The position numbers and the translations under genes are program-made. From the sequence record OR770614.1: 64,000 bases of DNA; one strand, 5' to 3'. Origin of the DNA: Staphylococcus phage vB_StaM_PB50. The notes under the pieces were generated by a model. The model was not told where the DNA came from, ran no database searches, and saw only the letters and a list, made by a program, of their open reading frames with translations. This document shows positions 10,185-19,220 of this stretch, one piece after another. Each line of letters begins with the position of its first letter. Positions within the stretch are counted from its first letter, which is position 1.

Positions 10185-12389
10185 TTATTCAAATATAAAA
10201 TTAGTTGAACCTGTGTCATATACTTTATTTATATAAGTTTTATTTCTATCAATCTTATTTCTTATATAGCTATCATTACTTGTACCTTTTAAGAAAGTCT
10301 TTTCAATAGGTAATTCATTACCTACTTTATACATTCCAAATTTTTCAAATTTATAACACGTATATGAATCAGATTTTACATTAAAAGTTAAACTTGGAAA
10401 TGTCTTTTTAATTTTAATTAAATCTGCGTCTGTATTTAAAAGTGAAATAAAATTATGTGATACATTAGTCTTATTATTAAAAGAAAATGCACAAATAATA
10501 TAACCTTTATAATAAAGAGCGAAGAAGTCAGAATCTTTCCCATAAAAGTCTTCTGTTGAGTGATTTTCAAAGAAATCTTTAAATGTAAAGAATCCCATAG
10601 ATTTAATTTTCACACCGCCATAGTCTAATACAGAATAATCATCTTTAAATAGTAACAATTGATGTAAGAATTTAGCATAATTCTTACCATCAATTCTTTT
10701 AGTTTCATTACGGATATCATCATCAAATAAATTAAGAAGATGGTATCCTTTTTCTTTAAGTTCATTGTATTTCTTAAGTTGATGATACTTAGCATTTATC
10801 TCAGATTTAGTTTCATTAGAATGATATTTAACTCCATTAACTTCAATAGCCAATTTATGTTCTTTACAGAGTATATCAATTTCTTTACCATCTAATAAAT
10901 CTCTATTCTGTCTTTCTATTTCAAAACCTAAATATTTCATTTCATCAGATACTTTTGATTCAGCAATAGATGATTTTCCATTACTACATGATGGACAATT
11001 AATACCTTTTTCTATTAAGTCATTTGCATTTATTTTAAATTCACCATGGTCTTTACATATTACTATTGATCTTTCATATTTATCGCTAGGTCTAAATTTA
11101 CTCATATTGTATTTATCTTTACCATGTTTAATATTTGCAAGTGTTTGATATACTTCAGTCTTTTCTTTTTCAGTATAATCAAAGTTATTAAGATTTTTAA
11201 TCTTAGTATTAAGTGACTTTATACGTTTATACTCTTTTAATTCTTGAACAGAATATTTTCTCTTATCCTTTATTTTTGGTATTGATTCTGGAATTATTTC
11301 TTTTTTATTTTCATTTGATTCTTTAATATTATCCTTAACTTTATCAATATTAAAATTATTAGAAATTTCTCTTTCTATACTTTCTTTCTTCATGTTCTTT
11401 TTAGCTTTTGGTGTTTTCTTTATACCCTTAAGTAATTTCTCAGTTTCTTCTTCACGTTTCTTTTTATTATTTTCTACAATCTTTTCCCAGTCTTTATCTA
11501 TACTAAGTTTTTCTTCTTCACACTTAGGGCAAGCTAATTTCTTATCAAATAACATTTCGTGTATAGATGTTTTAAATTCACCATGTTTTTCACATATAAT
11601 TGGTTGAACATCTTTTTCGTTAATAGGTCTAAATTTAGAAAAATCATAGTTTGTATTATTAGCTTTATTCAGAGCTAAATCATAAATATGACTTTTTTCA
11701 TCTTCTGTATAATCTTTAGTCAACTCTAAAAATAAATCAGGGTCTATGTCTTTTAAATTATTAAAGATATTTTCAGTAGTTGCAACTTCTCCATCTTTTT
11801 TACAACCTGGACAACCATCAAGATTATTCATAAGAAAATTTTTAACTGAACTTTTAAAGCTACCATGTTTTTCACAGATTATATTTTGTTTAGTATTTAT
11901 ACTGTTTGGTTTAAAATTAGATACATCATAAGGAGAATATAGTCCATATTTAGCTATCGTAACATTATAGAAGAATAAATATTTTTCTTCTTTACTTTTA
12001 TTTTTTAAATATCTAACTTTATCTTTCATTTTAGTAGAGCTATTTAAGAAAAATGTATAAGGTTCTAAATATTCATTAGGATCTTCTACCATAGGAGATT
12101 CAAGTCTCTTAGTTCTTTCTTTATTTTTTAAAAATTTCTCAGCGTTAGCTTTATTTTCATTTTCTCCTAATTCAATTATTCTTAAACAACTTTCAAAATA
12201 ATTATCAAACCATTCTTTACTTTTAACGTATTTAATCGTTCTTATTTTAAATTCTTCAGATATTTTTCCTTTATAAGTTACTTTTAATTTATCTTCATTT
12301 ATTTGATAATCTTTATCATTATCTATATTAAATGTATAGTCTTTACCTAATTTTTCTTTAAAGCTTTCTCTTAATTTTTTACCTAACAT
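10185..12389 (-). CDS. putative nuclease with four tandem Zn-ribbon modules and a C-terminal PD-(D/E)xK (DUF559/Vsr-like) domain
   Basis: Four repeats of ICEKHGEFK...CPxC-type (CPGCKKDG, ACPKCEEEK, CPSCSNGK). C-terminal EIDILCKEHKLAIEVNGVKYHS resembles the DUF559/Vsr endonuclease core. Confidence 0.5.
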   Translation of the reverse strand: MLGKKLRESFKEKLGKDYTFNIDNDKDYQINEDKLKVTYKGKISEEFKIRTIKYVKSKEWFDNYFESCLRIIELGENENKANAEKFLKNKERTKRLESPMVEDPNEYLEPYTFFLNSSTKMKDKVRYLKNKSKEEKYLFFYNVTIAKYGLYSPYDVSNFKPNSINTKQNIICEKHGSFKSSVKNFLMNNLDGCPGCKKDGEVATTENIFNNLKDIDPDLFLELTKDYTEDEKSHIYDLALNKANNTNYDFSKFRPINEKDVQPIICEKHGEFKTSIHEMLFDKKLACPKCEEEKLSIDKDWEKIVENNKKKREEETEKLLKGIKKTPKAKKNMKKESIEREISNNFNIDKVKDNIKESNENKKEIIPESIPKIKDKRKYSVQELKEYKRIKSLNTKIKNLNNFDYTEKEKTEVYQTLANIKHGKDKYNMSKFRPSDKYERSIVICKDHGEFKINANDLIEKGINCPSCSNGKSSIAESKVSDEMKYLGFEIERQNRDLLDGKEIDILCKEHKLAIEVNGVKYHSNETKSEINAKYHQLKKYNELKEKGYHLLNLFDDDIRNETKRIDGKNYAKFLHQLLLFKDDYSVLDYGGVKIKSMGFFTFKDFFENHSTEDFYGKDSDFFALYYKGYIICAFSFNNKTNVSHNFISLLNTDADLIKIKKTFPSLTFNVKSDSYTCYKFEKFGMYKVGNELPIEKTFLKGTSNDSYIRNKIDRNKTYINKVYDTGSTNFIFE

Positions 12390-12479
12390 ATCATATTCAT
12401 CTCCATATTATAATATTAAGATTATATTTTAATAATCTCAAATTTATAATATATATTTAAAACGTAAAATAAAAATAAT

Positions 12480-12507
12480 CCCAATATCTATTAAATTAGA
12501 TATTGGG
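12480..12507. terminator. terminator hairpin (CCCAATATCT-loop-AGATATTGGG), conserved family variant
   Basis: 10-bp inverted repeat downstream of the minus-strand tRNA cluster. Confidence 0.55.
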
Positions 12508-12522
12508 AAATATGTATAAAGA

Positions 12523-12572
12523 TAACCCTAACCTCTTCGACTAATTTTGGAATCAATCTGTAGGTTAGGGTT
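12523..12572. repeat. long-stem hairpin (12-bp stem TAACCCTAACCT / AGGTTAGGGTTA with 26-nt loop) in non-coding tRNA region
   Basis: Perfect 12-bp inverted repeat seen directly. Confidence 0.5.
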
Positions 12573-13026
12573 ATAGTTACTTTTACGAGAAAAGTATAAA
12601 GTTGCTTTAATAATTTTTTATATCCCATAAAGCATAAGAAGGATTAAAGAAACCAATATATGCATGGAACATATTAGGAATCTTGTAGCGATTTAATAGT
12701 CTAGTTTTTCTTATATTAGGGACTAAGAAACTAGAAAACCTAAAAAAGTATTAAAGTCAGATATTTATCACAAATTAATGTAAAATAAGTCCTCTTTAAT
12801 ACTTCGATCTAATAACTAAACGTAAATTAGATCTAAGACTGTAATGATTGTTGTGATACATATATTTAATTTGGCAGATTAAATATATGTGCTATTTTTT
12901 TTACAACTAAAGATATGCCTTAACTTTAGTTGAATCTAATAAATTAAGTTTGGCATATTACTTAATTTATATTTTATTCATAGCAGGTCTGCAGCCAAGC
13001 TATAAGGATGATTAATCCTATAGGGT

Positions 13027-13129
13027 TGTTCCTAATGAGATTCGAACTCATAACCTACAGATCCATAAATTATCCTATCCAGGTATAATTCATAAAATCC
13101 GTACACTCTGACCATTGAGCTATAGGAAC
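13027..13129 (-). tRNA. tRNA-Lys(TTT)-like gene with a 31-nt insertion in the anticodon loop (possible intron-containing tRNA or pseudogene)
   Basis: Clean acceptor stem (GTTCCTA/TAGGAAC), D-arm (GCTC-AATGGTCA-GAGT), anticodon stem (TACGG/CTGTA), T-arm (ATGAG-TTCGAAT-CTCAT). The anticodon loop region is 38 nt, not 7 nt. Confidence 0.55.
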
Positions 13130-13136
13130 ATAGAAA

Positions 13137-13208
13137 CTGCTCTAGTTTGATTCGAACAAACAACCTCTTGATTAACAGTCAAGCATTCTACCATTGAATT
13201 ATAGAGCA
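13137..13208 (-). tRNA. tRNA-Asn (anticodon GTT)
   Basis: Canonical cloverleaf: acceptor TGCTCTA/TAGAGCA, D-arm ATTC-AATGGTA-GAAT, anticodon arm CTTGA-CTGTTAA-TCAAG, T-arm GTTTG-TTCGAAT-CAAAC. Confidence 0.8.
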
Positions 13209-13560
13209 TTAATAAAAAAAAATAAAAGAGTACATTTATCATCTATGCACTCTTTTAAGTAAATAAATATATAATAATATCTATTCATTTTTAATTATAC
13301 GTAAGGAGGCGTATGGATTTCTATTTAAAACCATGACATATTAAAAATAGAAACAAGAAATCAAAGGAACATTTTTAAAGCAACAACAAATGACAAAGTA
13401 AGTTATAATAGAATTTAATCTATTATATTTTTTAGTTAAATCAAAAACTAAAAAAAAAAATCTATAATAATTTGACGAGGATCATTATAGATTTATACTA
13501 TATAGTTAATTAATATTTTTAAATAAAATTTTTTAATAAATAGGAATTTTAGACCAAAAA

Positions 13561-13630
13561 AAGCTTATCCGAGGGATCGAACCCCGGACACATGATGAAA
13601 ATCATTGCTCTACCAACTGAGCTAGATAAA
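13561..13630 (-). tRNA. tRNA-like gene with non-canonical anticodon arm (5-bp stem ATGAT/ATCAT closing a 4-nt loop TTTC); isotype unresolved, possible pseudogene
   Basis: Classic D-arm TAGCTCAGTTGGTAGAGC, T-arm CGGGG-TTCGATC-CCTCG and 7-bp acceptor stem. Total 70 nt, 3 nt short in the anticodon loop. Confidence 0.5.
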
Positions 13631-13678
13631 CTTTCTTCATTATTATAATATATGTTTATATTTCACTATATTACGCTT

Positions 13679-14074
13679 TTAATAAATATAATCTTCGATA
13701 TCAATTTCATTTTGTTTAATTGTCATATCATGGAAAGACTTCATGGAGCTTGTTACAATTGCTTGAGCTACCTGATTGACTAATAAACCAATATTTTCAA
13801 TACCTAATTTGTAAGGTAATTCTCCTGCACATTTACTACAAATATCTTCACTCGCACAATACATAGGACTTCTGAAGTTCAATACTTTCTCAATATACTC
13901 ATCTACATTTTCAGGAGTTAATAATATTAATTGACCTTTTCTTCCTGAAGTATTTTCAAAATATCTATAAAGTAAAAGACTTGCATTATCTTTAGTTAAA
14001 GTTAATTTTAATGTATGTTTTGTTCTACAATCAGAACCTTGTTTATCTAATACAGTTGTTTGGAAAGCGGACAT
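13679..14074 (-). CDS. RNAP beta-prime-like subunit, distal exon or fragment (trigger-loop region)
   Basis: ICSKCAGELPYKLGIENIGLLVNQVAQAIVTSSMKSFHD aligns with bacterial beta-prime CxxCYG...[25 protein letters not shown]. Confidence 0.7.
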   Translation of the reverse strand: MSAFQTTVLDKQGSDCRTKHTLKLTLTKDNASLLLYRYFENTSGRKGQLILLTPENVDEYIEKVLNFRSPMYCASEDICSKCAGELPYKLGIENIGLLVNQVAQAIVTSSMKSFHDMTIKQNEIDIEDYIY

Positions 14075-14239
14075 AAGTTTTTTAGCTTGATCATTTTATT
14101 ATCTATATTTTACTATAGATTAGACTATATCTTATGAATTTAATCATTTCTATATTTAGTCGTTGGACAACTTTATTAAGTTGATGCTAGTTAGTTTTAA
14201 CATTCTAGCAATTAATAGAATTTATTGTGAGCATCTAAT
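14075..14239 (-). mobile_element. intron-like intervening element (conserved core family) splitting the beta-prime C-type gene in the bridge-helix region
   Basis: Contains family core TTAATTGCTAGAA...TTAACTAGCATCAAC...TTGTCCAACGACTAAATA...GATATAGTCTAAT in gene orientation. Flanking ORFs are contiguous in the beta-prime alignment (GSAGRALGTQEGG | SAFQTTVLD ~ GARKGLADTALKTAN | SGYLTRRLVD). Confidence 0.55.
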
Positions 14240-15055
14240 TTACCCACCTTCTTGAGTACCTAAAGCACGTCCAGCTGAACCAGCTGTCATAATATCACCA
14301 AACATATATAATTCTTCTGGATCAATTCCATCAGCTAAAGAACTCTTAGCAATACGTATTTTACTAGGATCAGCAAAATTTTTATTTGCTCCACGAATAA
14401 GAGCTGTTAATTTAAAGTTATTTTCAAAACTACCTCTTGATTTACTATCATAAATATCAAGATCTGCTAAACCTTCTAATTCTTCCTTACTTAACTTAAT
14501 TAATTCTTCTTCAATAGCACTAATAGCATTCAATTCTTCACCAGGAGTATTTAATGCTTTACCGTATTTCTCTAGTAATTCTTCTTTCTTTTGTTTAACT
14601 TTATCTGGAGCAACCATCATTGTAGTTGTTAAGCTAGAATTAATAAATCCTGCTATAGAGAAACCAAGCCATTGAAGTTTATCAATATACATATTCATAT
14701 CTTTAGTTGTAATAACGTCATTAAGTAATAAACTAGATAGTTCAGATTGTAGATTTCCTACACCTGATCCTCCCATATCTTTATTCATATATCCTATAAT
14801 AGGTCCTATTTTATTGTCTAATATAAATTTATTAAATATATATCTTCCAACTGTTGTTCTTTCATCTTTACTATTATAAACTAAATCTTTTTTAAGTTTA
14901 AATCTATCGCTAGGGTTAAACATTGGTTGTGTATTTTGTCTAAATGCAAATAATTCTTTAAGTTTATCAAGAGTAATATCTTCTTTTTTTATACTTAATA
15001 AAGTTGATATTTCTTTCTCAGATAAATCTTTTTTATCATAAGTCATATTAACCAA
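14240..15055 (-). CDS. RNAP beta-prime-like subunit, proximal exon or fragment (region up to bridge helix)
   Basis: C-terminal ELYMFGDIMTAGSAGRALGTQ resembles beta-prime EYFISTHGARKGLADTA (region F). Confidence 0.6.
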   Translation of the reverse strand: MVNMTYDKKDLSEKEISTLLSIKKEDITLDKLKELFAFRQNTQPMFNPSDRFKLKKDLVYNSKDERTTVGRYIFNKFILDNKIGPIIGYMNKDMGGSGVGNLQSELSSLLLNDVITTKDMNMYIDKLQWLGFSIAGFINSSLTTTMMVAPDKVKQKKEELLEKYGKALNTPGEELNAISAIEEELIKLSKEELEGLADLDIYDSKSRGSFENNFKLTALIRGANKNFADPSKIRIAKSSLADGIDPEELYMFGDIMTAGSAGRALGTQEGG

Positions 15056-15258
15056 TTTAATTTCACTTCTTTCATATATTATTTGTAATATTTGAATGTT
15101 ATCATCAATTTTATATTTTTGTAATTTATAAAATTATCTCATAAAAAATTTGAAAACCTCCGGAATATTATATTTATATAATAATATAATTATTATAATA
15201 TATTAAAATATAAAATATTTTAATATATAAAAAATATAATATTAGAGGGGGTATATTT

Positions 15259-15281
15259 AGATTTTGATATAATCAAAATCT
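15259..15281. promoter_or_regulatory. perfect 10-bp palindrome AGATTTTGAT-ATA-ATCAAAATCT in the divergent promoter region between the beta-prime and beta genes
   Basis: Seen directly in a very AT-rich 316-nt intergenic region between divergently transcribed RNAP genes; candidate operator or promoter element. Confidence 0.4.
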
Positions 15282-15371
15282 AATAAATTATTTCTCCTTA
15301 AATTACATAAAAAAGATAAAGAAAACAAGTACATATATAAAATTTATTAAATGAAAGGAATTGAATAATAA

Positions 15372-18300
15372 GTGAAGTATCTTAATAGATTAAAGAATTT
15401 AAAATTCTATTCAATTTCAGGATATAAGATTAAAGCTATAGATGAAAATATTAAGGATCAAAAGAAAAACCAATTAATAATTTATAAAGGTTTTAAAGAA
15501 AATTCATTTATAGAATTCTTAAATAGTGGTATATTATATTATCAAAATTTCAAGAATATTTATACTCCTAGAATATATAGAACATCAAATAGAAAATCAA
15601 GATTAATTACTAATATTTCAGATTACCAACAAGAAATTAAAAGTAAATCAATCAAATCTTATAGAGTAGAAAGAAATGAGAAATTATTTAAAGGTAGAAA
15701 TTATATAGTTGATTCAAGTAAATTTATCAATCTTGAAAATAAATCTTTAATGACTAAGAATTTTAAAACTGTATTAGATTCAATTAAAAATACTTATAAT
15801 AATTTAAATAATCCAGAAGAATATGAAAATTTATTATATGTAATTAATGTAGATGGATACAATAAATCTTCTCAAGAAGCTATTAGACCAAATACAAAAG
15901 ATTTTATGTCAAGTTTATTTATGATGATTAAGAATCAGGAAGAATTACCTCACAAAGAAAATCAAAATGTAGTAGCTTTATTTGTTTCTATTGAGAACGG
16001 TATAATGTTCAAATTTGATTTTAAAGATTATAATAAATTGAATAATAGATTAAGACAAAGGTTAAGAAGAGCTATTGATTTAAATACTCAACAAATGGAT
16101 ACAGATGAAATTTCTAATGTTGAAGATGATGATAATACAGAAGCTATAGATTCAACTATTAAAAAGAAATCATTTAACAATGTTAAAGATATTGATCCAA
16201 TTGAATTACAAGATAATAATAAAGATGAAATTAATCAAAACATTGAAGATTCTAAGATGGAAAAAATATCTAAGAAAATAGATGATACATTAAGATATAT
16301 CAAATCTAATGATAATATTGATATGGATATTAATGATGAGTATAATATTGCAATGATAATTGAAAAAGAATTAAATGATAATAATGATCTTATTGATATT
16401 GATGAAGATACATTATATAATGATGTACTTGATAAGAATGATTCATTTAAATCAATTAAAAGAGATATTAAAAATAAATCATATATTGGAGACACTGCAT
16501 TAAAGAATTCTAAAAAGATATTATCATTATCTAAAAATCAAGATGAATATCTTGAAAAATTAGAAGATTTTAGTTTCTCTGAAGATAGTGTTATTGATAG
16601 AGAGATTAATGAAAATGTTAATAGTATTAATGATGAAGCAATCAACAATGTATCTTCGAATGATTTTGACTTATCTTATATGAAAAAGACATTTAATAAA
16701 GACTTTGTAAATATCATGAAGAGTTTTAATGATAAAGAAGAAATACCTGTATTCATTAGCAAAATGAATGTAGAAGATAATTCAGATTCTCAATCATTAA
16801 AAAATACTGTAAAAGTCCAATTTAAGAGTCCTGATGGGATTAATCATAATGTAAAATTTGATGTACCTAAAATTATTGATGGTAAATATTTAAAATTAAA
16901 TGGTGGTAAAAAGGTACTAACTAAACAATTAATGATGTATCCTATTGTTAAATATAGACCAGATACAGTTTGGATTACAACTAACTATAATAAATTCATC
17001 ATTGAAAAATTTGGTAGCAAAGAAAATTCTGAAACTGAATGGCTTAAAAAAGTTATTGAAGATAAACAAGTACTAGAATACATTAAAGATAAAAATGATA
17101 TTAGTATTCAAAAAGGTAATTCATCTTTAATTAATAAAGAATATTTAACTTCTGTGTTGTATAATAATTTATCTAAAAATATATTAAGATTCTCTAAAGA
17201 TGATTTAATAATTGATTTTAATCAAAGAAATCTTAAAAAAGTTATTTCAGAAAGTAAAACTTTAAGTGAGATTGATTACGATAAAGATAAATACTATCCT
17301 ATCGGTTATAATTCAAACAAATCTAAATTAATATTGTCAAATACTACAGAATCTATTATTTTTAAAGCTACTAAAAGTAATATAGAATCCATGAATATTA
17401 ATATCACAGATTATATTATTGAACAACTTGAAGATAATATTGATTTTAGTCTAATAGATAAAAAATTCAGTAAAAATATTCAAGCTAGTAAAACAATGGC
17501 ATTCTCTCGTGTTAAAATTACTAATAAATTAATCCCTACAATAGTGTTATTAGGTTTCTATAAAGGTTTAACTAGTATTCTTGATCTCTATGAAGTTGAT
17601 TATAAGTTTGTTAAGGAAAATGAAAGAATAACTATTAAAGATAAAAAGAATAAAATTAAATTCCAAGATGGTTATCTTATTTATTCAACAGATAAATTAA
17701 GATATGATTTATTATTATCAGGATTAAATACTATTCCTACTTCACAATATGACTTTGAAGAATTTAATAGTGAAACACCTTACTTAGAATACTTTAATGA
17801 TAAGTTCTATAGTCGTAATGTTGGTAAAGGTATTAAAAATGCATTAGATTTAGCAATGGATCCTATTACAGAAGATGTATTAAGAGATTTAAAATTACCT
17901 GAAACTATGGTAGAATTATTACTCTTAGCTAATACCATGCTAGAAGATGTAACTGCTAGAGAACACAATGACATGGGAATATATCGTGTACGTGGTCCAG
18001 AACAAGTTAATGCTTTAATATATAAAATGATTGCAAATGCATATAAAGAATATTCAGACTCTTACAATAATAAGAATCCTAAGAATATTTCTGTTAAGCA
18101 AGACCAATTAATCAAAACTATAATGGAACAACCTACTGTAGATGAAGTATCTGATCTTAATCCATCTTTAGAGATTGATAAGATGACTTCTGTTACATTT
18201 AAAGGTCCAGCAGGACGTAATAATGAACAATCATATGAACCTGACATTCGTTCATACAGTGAAAGTATGCAAGGTGTATTAGGAATATCTAGTCCTGATT

Positions 18301-18488
18301 CTAATAAAATTGGGGTAGTTAGACAGCTTTCATATAATTCACTAATTAAATCTACTAGAGGTTATACAGATGGTGGTAAAAAAGATGCTAATGACACATC
18401 TCTATATACTCCATTAGAACTACTTAACCCATATTCTAGTAGACATGCCGATGATCAAACATGGATAGTCGGCTTAAAAACTATTTAA
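15372..18488 (+). CDS. RNAP beta-like subunit, exon 1 or N-terminal fragment (GTG start)
   Basis: C-terminal part (SRHADDQTWIVGL) aligns with the bacterial beta region (HDDANRALMGANM); continued by two downstream ORFs carrying the next conserved beta blocks. Confidence 0.6.
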   Translation: MKYLNRLKNLKFYSISGYKIKAIDENIKDQKKNQLIIYKGFKENSFIEFLNSGILYYQNFKNIYTPRIYRTSNRKSRLITNISDYQQEIKSKSIKSYRVERNEKLFKGRNYIVDSSKFINLENKSLMTKNFKTVLDSIKNTYNNLNNPEEYENLLYVINVDGYNKSSQEAIRPNTKDFMSSLFMMIKNQEELPHKENQNVVALFVSIENGIMFKFDFKDYNKLNNRLRQRLRRAIDLNTQQMDTDEISNVEDDDNTEAIDSTIKKKSFNNVKDIDPIELQDNNKDEINQNIEDSKMEKISKKIDDTLRYIKSNDNIDMDINDEYNIAMIIEKELNDNNDLIDIDEDTLYNDVLDKNDSFKSIKRDIKNKSYIGDTALKNSKKILSLSKNQDEYLEKLEDFSFSEDSVIDREINENVNSINDEAINNVSSNDFDLSYMKKTFNKDFVNIMKSFNDKEEIPVFISKMNVEDNSDSQSLKNTVKVQFKSPDGINHNVKFDVPKIIDGKYLKLNGGKKVLTKQLMMYPIVKYRPDTVWITTNYNKFIIEKFGSKENSETEWLKKVIEDKQVLEYIKDKNDISIQKGNSSLINKEYLTSVLYNNLSKNILRFSKDDLIIDFNQRNLKKVISESKTLSEIDYDKDKYYPIGYNSNKSKLILSNTTESIIFKATKSNIESMNINITDYIIEQLEDNIDFSLIDKKFSKNIQASKTMAFSRVKITNKLIPTIVLLGFYKGLTSILDLYEVDYKFVKENERITIKDKKNKIKFQDGYLIYSTDKLRYDLLLSGLNTIPTSQYDFEEFNSETPYLEYFNDKFYSRNVGKGIKNALDLAMDPITEDVLRDLKLPETMVELLLLANTMLEDVTAREHNDMGIYRVRGPEQVNALIYKMIANAYKEYSDSYNNKNPKNISVKQDQLIKTIMEQPTVDEVSDLNPSLEIDKMTSVTFKGPAGRNNEQSYEPDIRSYSESMQGVLGISSPDSNKIGVVRQLSYNSLIKSTRGYTDGGKKDANDTSLYTPLELLNPYSSRHADDQTWIVGLKTI

Positions 18489-18626
18489 TTGCTGAAATTA
18501 CTTTAAAGTTAATCAGCATCAATCAAATTGTTCAACGACTAAATAATAGTTACTAATTATATAATTAGTAATGATATAGTCTCAACTATGTATAAAGTAT
18601 ATAGAAATAAGATAATGTCTCCACGT
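18466..18626 (+). mobile_element. intron-like intervening element in RNAP beta (approximate limits inferred from protein alignment; the ORF-to-ORF gap is 18489..18587)
   Basis: Core TTAATTGCTGAAA..TTAATCAGCATCA..TTGTTCAACGACTAAATA..GATATAGTCTCA. Joining HADDQTW to IGMTGTQAKHVIP recreates the beta motif HDDANRALMGANMQRQAVP. Confidence 0.5.
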
Positions 18627-19091
18627 ATTGGAATGACTGGTACTCAAGCCAAGCACGTAATTCCAACAAAAACTAATAGTAAACCATTAGTTGGATCTGG
18701 TGTTGATAAATCTTTAGCTTATCAATTATCAGATACATTTGCTTTTAAAGCTAAGCAAGATGGTAAAGTATTAAAAATTAATGAGAAAACTGGTTTAATG
18801 ACAGTGGAATATATCAATGGTGAAAAAGATATTGTTGATATATCTGAAAAATTAGCCAAAAACTCTAACTCAGGTTTTTATCAATCTAATAAACTTGATC
18901 CACAATTTAACGTAGACGACACTTTTAATAAAGGTCAAATACTTGCTAAAAATAATAATTTCTTTGCTGGATCTGGTAAAAATAATGATATTCAATTCAC
19001 TTCAGGTAAATTATCTAAAGTATCTGTAGCTAGCTCATATGGTATTATAAATGCCTTTCATTATAGTAATGTAATGTCAAAAAATTATTAA
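18588..19091 (+). CDS. RNAP beta-like subunit, exon 2 or fragment (KPLVGSG block)
   Basis: SKPLVGSGVDK (beta KPLVGTGME), AKQDGKVLKI, NSNSGFYQSN, ends AFHYSN-VMSKNY inside the conserved beta motif AFMPWNGYNFEDS. Confidence 0.65.
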   Translation: MYKVYRNKIMSPRIGMTGTQAKHVIPTKTNSKPLVGSGVDKSLAYQLSDTFAFKAKQDGKVLKINEKTGLMTVEYINGEKDIVDISEKLAKNSNSGFYQSNKLDPQFNVDDTFNKGQILAKNNNFFAGSGKNNDIQFTSGKLSKVSVASSYGIINAFHYSNVMSKNY

Positions 19092-19220
19092 TTGCTGAGA
19101 AATATTAAATTAATCAGCATCTCTATATTTATAGAGTTCAACGACTAAATATAATTATTCATTAATGCTAATGAATTTGATATAGTCTAATCTATTATAA
19201 AAATATAATAGCTAATATAA
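19080..19220 (+). mobile_element. intron-like intervening element in RNAP beta, second copy (ORF gap 19092..19220)
   Basis: Core TTAATTGCTGAGA..TTAATCAGCATCT..GTTCAACGACTAAATA..GATATAGTCTAAT. Flanks AFHYSN | (M)TYEDSSI recreate the beta AFMPWNGYNFEDSI. Confidence 0.5.

Noticed and set aside
18466-19220. Programmed ribosomal bypassing (T4 gene 60 style) across the intervening elements
   Set aside because: A stop codon followed by a hairpin is present at several elements, but the gaps of 120-175 nt are about three times longer than known bypass gaps, and no matching take-off and landing codons are evident. Not fully excluded.
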